Assembly (NCBI GenBank): GCA_032718475.1
Contig: JAUCBJ010008896.1
Coordinates: 62,001 to 126,000, forward strand
Direction: 5' to 3'
Source: Nemertoderma westbladi
Taxonomy: Eukaryota; Animalia; Xenacoelomorpha
Length of the DNA: 64,000 nucleotides
Part shown: in pieces, positions 63,497-64,000 of the stretch
How positions within the stretch are numbered: position 1 is the stretch's first letter
Layout of the letters: every line of letters begins with the position of its first letter
Made by a program: the position numbers and the translations under genes
The notes under the pieces: generated by a model
The model's input: only the letters and a program-made list of their open reading frames with translations
What the model was told of the DNA's origin: nothing
Database searches by the model: none

Positions 63497-64000
63497 TCAC
63501 CTCTTTAAGTACCACTTTCCTGGTCTCTGAAAATATTTCCCATTTGTAATTCTATCACAAATAGCGACAAAATTCCAAGTATATCTGTTGTCCATGTTGA
63601 TCTGCCGGAAATATGATCTAATAACCACAACTCCTGTATTCCTCAGAAGGTCTTGGGCAGTAAGCATTAACTCTTGATACTGTGGTAGCGATTGAAGATA
63701 GGGTCCGTACGCTACGTGTGACGGATCCACCGCCCAGAATCCATATCCTGCCTTAAACTGCAGCCACCGCATTTGGGCTTGGATGTGATAATCTGCCACT
63801 TCCTCCCACTTATCCAACATCTCTCGAAGCAGGTTGGCTCTATGGTTCTGAAAGGAGTCGTCGCGCAGCTGACACTTTGAGCTGCGGTATCCCTTCACCC
63901 CACAATATCCGCGCTGGGAAATAAACACGGTACACATGTAGAATGAATGGTCCGTCTCATTACGCCAATGGCAGACCTTGTGCACTGATTCGACCACAGT
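63497..64000 (-). CDS. Diverged homologue of the 18761-19384 zinc-knuckle cargo ORF (truncated by the window edge; knuckle decayed)
   Basis: DHSFYMCTVFISQRGYCGVKGYRSSKC aligns with DHIFFSCLVFATQCEHCQLKGHSSPNC; both share WE..AD.......R....KA..G...V.P...........LP.Y. Confidence 0.7.
   Translation of the reverse strand, partial: TVVESVHKVCHWRNETDHSFYMCTVFISQRGYCGVKGYRSSKCQLRDDSFQNHRANLLREMLDKWEEVADYHIQAQMRWLQFKAGYGFWAVDPSHVAYGPYLQSLPQYQELMLTAQDLLRNTGVVVIRSYFRQINMDNRYTWNFVAICDRITNGKYFQRPGKWYLKR

Overview
AT-rich eukaryotic (invertebrate-animal-like) genomic DNA, mostly repeats and transposons; nothing prokaryotic, no rRNA, tRNA or CRISPR seen. (1) 1-14573: about 400 copies of a 36-bp pyrimidine-rich tandem repeat. 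Its variants are mostly synonymous or conservative in an ATG-less + strand frame (SQLL[S/T]DLPTLTA) that the ORF track misses. (2) 18.7-24.7 kb: an internally deleted BEL/Pao LTR retrotransposon (- strand). Beyond a PPT/TGT junction it is followed by a disrupted cargo gene with a DEDDy (WRN/RNase D/EXD-type) 3'-5' exonuclease-like domain and CCHC zinc knuckles. A diverged homologue of the cargo C-terminus recurs at 63.5-64 kb. (3) 28.2-30.9 kb: two fibrinogen-related-domain exons that can splice in frame into one tandem-FReD protein, the only clear host gene. (4) Nested mobile DNA with readable TIRs/TSDs: an Academ derivative, an ISL2EU derivative, Tc1/pogo-like and Harbinger-like MITEs, Mutator-like foldbacks, piggyBac-like ends, Penelope remnants with a hammerhead ribozyme motif, and a near full-length LINE interrupted by a second LINE. 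(5) Further satellites with 175-, 66-, 163- and 36-bp units. Family assignments come from recalled motifs, not database searches.
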